Made by a program: the position numbers and the translations under genes
Shown here: in pieces, positions 62,130 through 64,000 of the stretch
How the letters are laid out: every line of letters begins with the position of its first letter
Numbering within the stretch: the stretch's first letter is position 1
Notes under the pieces: generated by a model
Database searches by the model: none
What the model was told of the DNA's origin: nothing
The model's input: the letters and a program-made list of their open reading frames with translations, nothing else
Assembly (NCBI RefSeq): GCF_006345805.1
Contig: NC_043023.1
Span: 14,508,001-14,572,000 of the forward strand
Length of the DNA: 64,000 nucleotides
Source of the DNA: Octopus sinensis
Taxonomy: Eukaryota
Direction of reading: 5' to 3'

Positions 62130-63506
62130 GAGGGCTTCTCTCTCTCTCTTTCTTATTCACTCCATCTCTCTTTTTCTATCTCTCTCTCTTATTCACTTAC
62201 TCTTTCTCTTTCTGTTATTTACTTACTCTTTCTATCTCCGTTACTTTCTTACTCTTTCTCTTTCTGTTATTCACTTACTCTTTCTTTTTCTGTTATTTAC
62301 TTACTCTTTCTCTCTCTGTTATTCACTTACTCTTTCTCTCTCTGTTATTCACTTACTCTTTCTCTTTCTGTTACTCTGTTACTCTTTCTCTTTGTTACTC
62401 TCTCTTACGCACTCACTCTATTTTGCTTTTTCGGAATGATTTCGAGATTGATATACGAAAGCAAAACTGCTGGTACCCCCTCCACTCATTAAAATATTCT
62501 AAAAAAATATCTAATTCTCATAAATAAACATTTTTAAGAATTATTAATAATTTTCAAGTTATATAAATTTTTACGAAATTTTGTGGTGGATTTGTCTATG
62601 TTTGTTACTTTCTTACTCTCTCTCTTCTGATGCTTTTCTCTCTTTTTCTTTGTCACTCTTTATTCACTCACTCTCTCGTTTTTTCTGTCACTCTTATTCT
62701 CTCTCTCTCTTTTCCCCTTCTCTCTCTCTCTTTTCCCCTTCTCTCTCTCTCTTTTCCCCTTCTCTCTCTCTCTCTCTCTCTCTCCCCTGATGTTTTATTT
62801 TAATCGGTTTGAGAACGAGATACGAAAACAAAACTGCTGGAGAAATTCAACTTCAAAATACTTCCCAAAAAATAATTTAATTTTTATAAATAAACATTTA
62901 AAAAAATTATTAATAATTTTTAAATTATACAAATTTTAAAGAAATCCACTAGGCATTTTTCTGTCTTTGTCAGCTACCCTCTCTCATTTGCATTCAATTT
63001 TATTTCTTTCTCTTACTCCCTTTATCTCTTAGTCTTTCCCTTACTCACCCTCTTACATCACTTTCTCTTTCCCACGCTCTCACTCACTCAGTGTGTCTCC
63101 TGACACTTTTTATCTCTCTGTATTTCATTCTCTCTCTGTCACTCTCTTTAACTCATTCACCCTGTCTCCTGACGATTTTTTGTCTCTCTCTCTCTTTCTT
63201 TCTCTTCCCCTCTCATTCTTTCTGCGTCACTCTCTCTTACTCACACACTCACTCACTGTGTCTTATAACGCTTTTTGCCCCTCTCTCATTCTCTCTGTGT
63301 CACACTCTCTCACTCACTGTGTCTTATAACGCTTTTTGCCTCTCTCTCATTCTCTCTATATCACTCTCTCTCACTCACTCACTGTCTTATAACGCTTTTT
63401 GCCTCCCTCTCATTCTCTCTATATCACTCTCTCTCACTCACTCATTGTGTCTTATAACGTTACTCTCTCTCTCTCTCTCACTCACTCACTGTGTCTTATA
63501 ACGCTA

Positions 63507-63543
<37 letters not shown>

Positions 63544-63830
63544 TCACTCACTCACTGTGTCTTATAACGCTACTCTCTCTCTCTCTCTCTCACTCACTCA
63601 CTCACTGTGTCTTATAACGCTTTTCGCCCCTCTCTCATTCTCTCTATATCACTCTCTCTCACTCACTCACTCACTCACAGTGTCTTATAACGCTTTTCGC
63701 CTCTCCCTCATTCTCTCTATATCACTCTCTCTCACTCACTCACTCACTCACTGTGTCTTATAACGCTTTTTCGCCCCTCTCTCATTCTCTCCGCTTCGCT
63801 CTCACTCACTCACTCACTCACTCAGTCACT
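62130..63830. repeat. CT-rich microsatellites and CACTCACTGTGTCTTATAACGC minisatellite, interleaved with a repeated AAAACTGCTGG/AT-rich block
   Basis: GATACGAAA.CAAAACTGCTGG recurs near 62450, 62818, 63866. Confidence 0.85.
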
Positions 63831-64000
63831 CTTTCCCTGTCTACTGACTGATGCTTTGAGATCGAGATACGAAAACAAAACTGCTGGAAACAAAAACAGT
63901 TCTGACCAGAAAGACGGACGCCATTTTGGTTAATCAAGTGGACAAGACAAGAAGTTGACAAGAGACAGAAGCAACGGCCCCTTGTTTGTTTATCGGCCAC

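Noticed and set aside
63820-64000. YY1-like CGCCATTTT (63919-27) and possible upstream exon or neighbouring promoter
   Set aside because: Too close to the window edge, and the adjacent block is a local repeat (62450, 62818); cannot be supported

Overview
AT-rich, repeat-dense eukaryotic genomic DNA, most likely an octopod cephalopod (inferred from the repeat families; no search run). One gene spans most of the window on the minus strand: a CEP131/AZI1 (centrosomal protein 131 kDa) orthologue. I traced 17 coding exons by hand from an ATG at 48025 to the window edge at base 1. All have AG/GT boundaries and consistent phases, totalling 3576 nt (1192 codons); the C-terminus lies beyond base 1. 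A probable 5' exon and promoter sit at about 60041-60504, with a perfect palindromic X-box-like motif and an exact ETS-CRE composite motif. The introns hold tRNA-derived SINEs, CR1- and RTE-type LINE 3' remnants, hAT, piggyBac-like and mariner-like MITEs, foldback elements, a tRNA-Leu(CAA) pseudogene, microsatellites and many tandem arrays, several demonstrably amplified from retroelement modules. Notable oddities: a telomere-repeat insertion joining a partial duplication of a coding exon and its splice acceptor; Penelope-type minimal hammerhead-like motifs; recurrent same-junction SINE multimers; long near-perfect hairpins; and a signal-peptide-like uORF stopping 1 nt before the CEP131 ATG. 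Most ORFs in the supplied track are repeat artefacts. Exon coordinates were counted; repeat boundaries are approximate.
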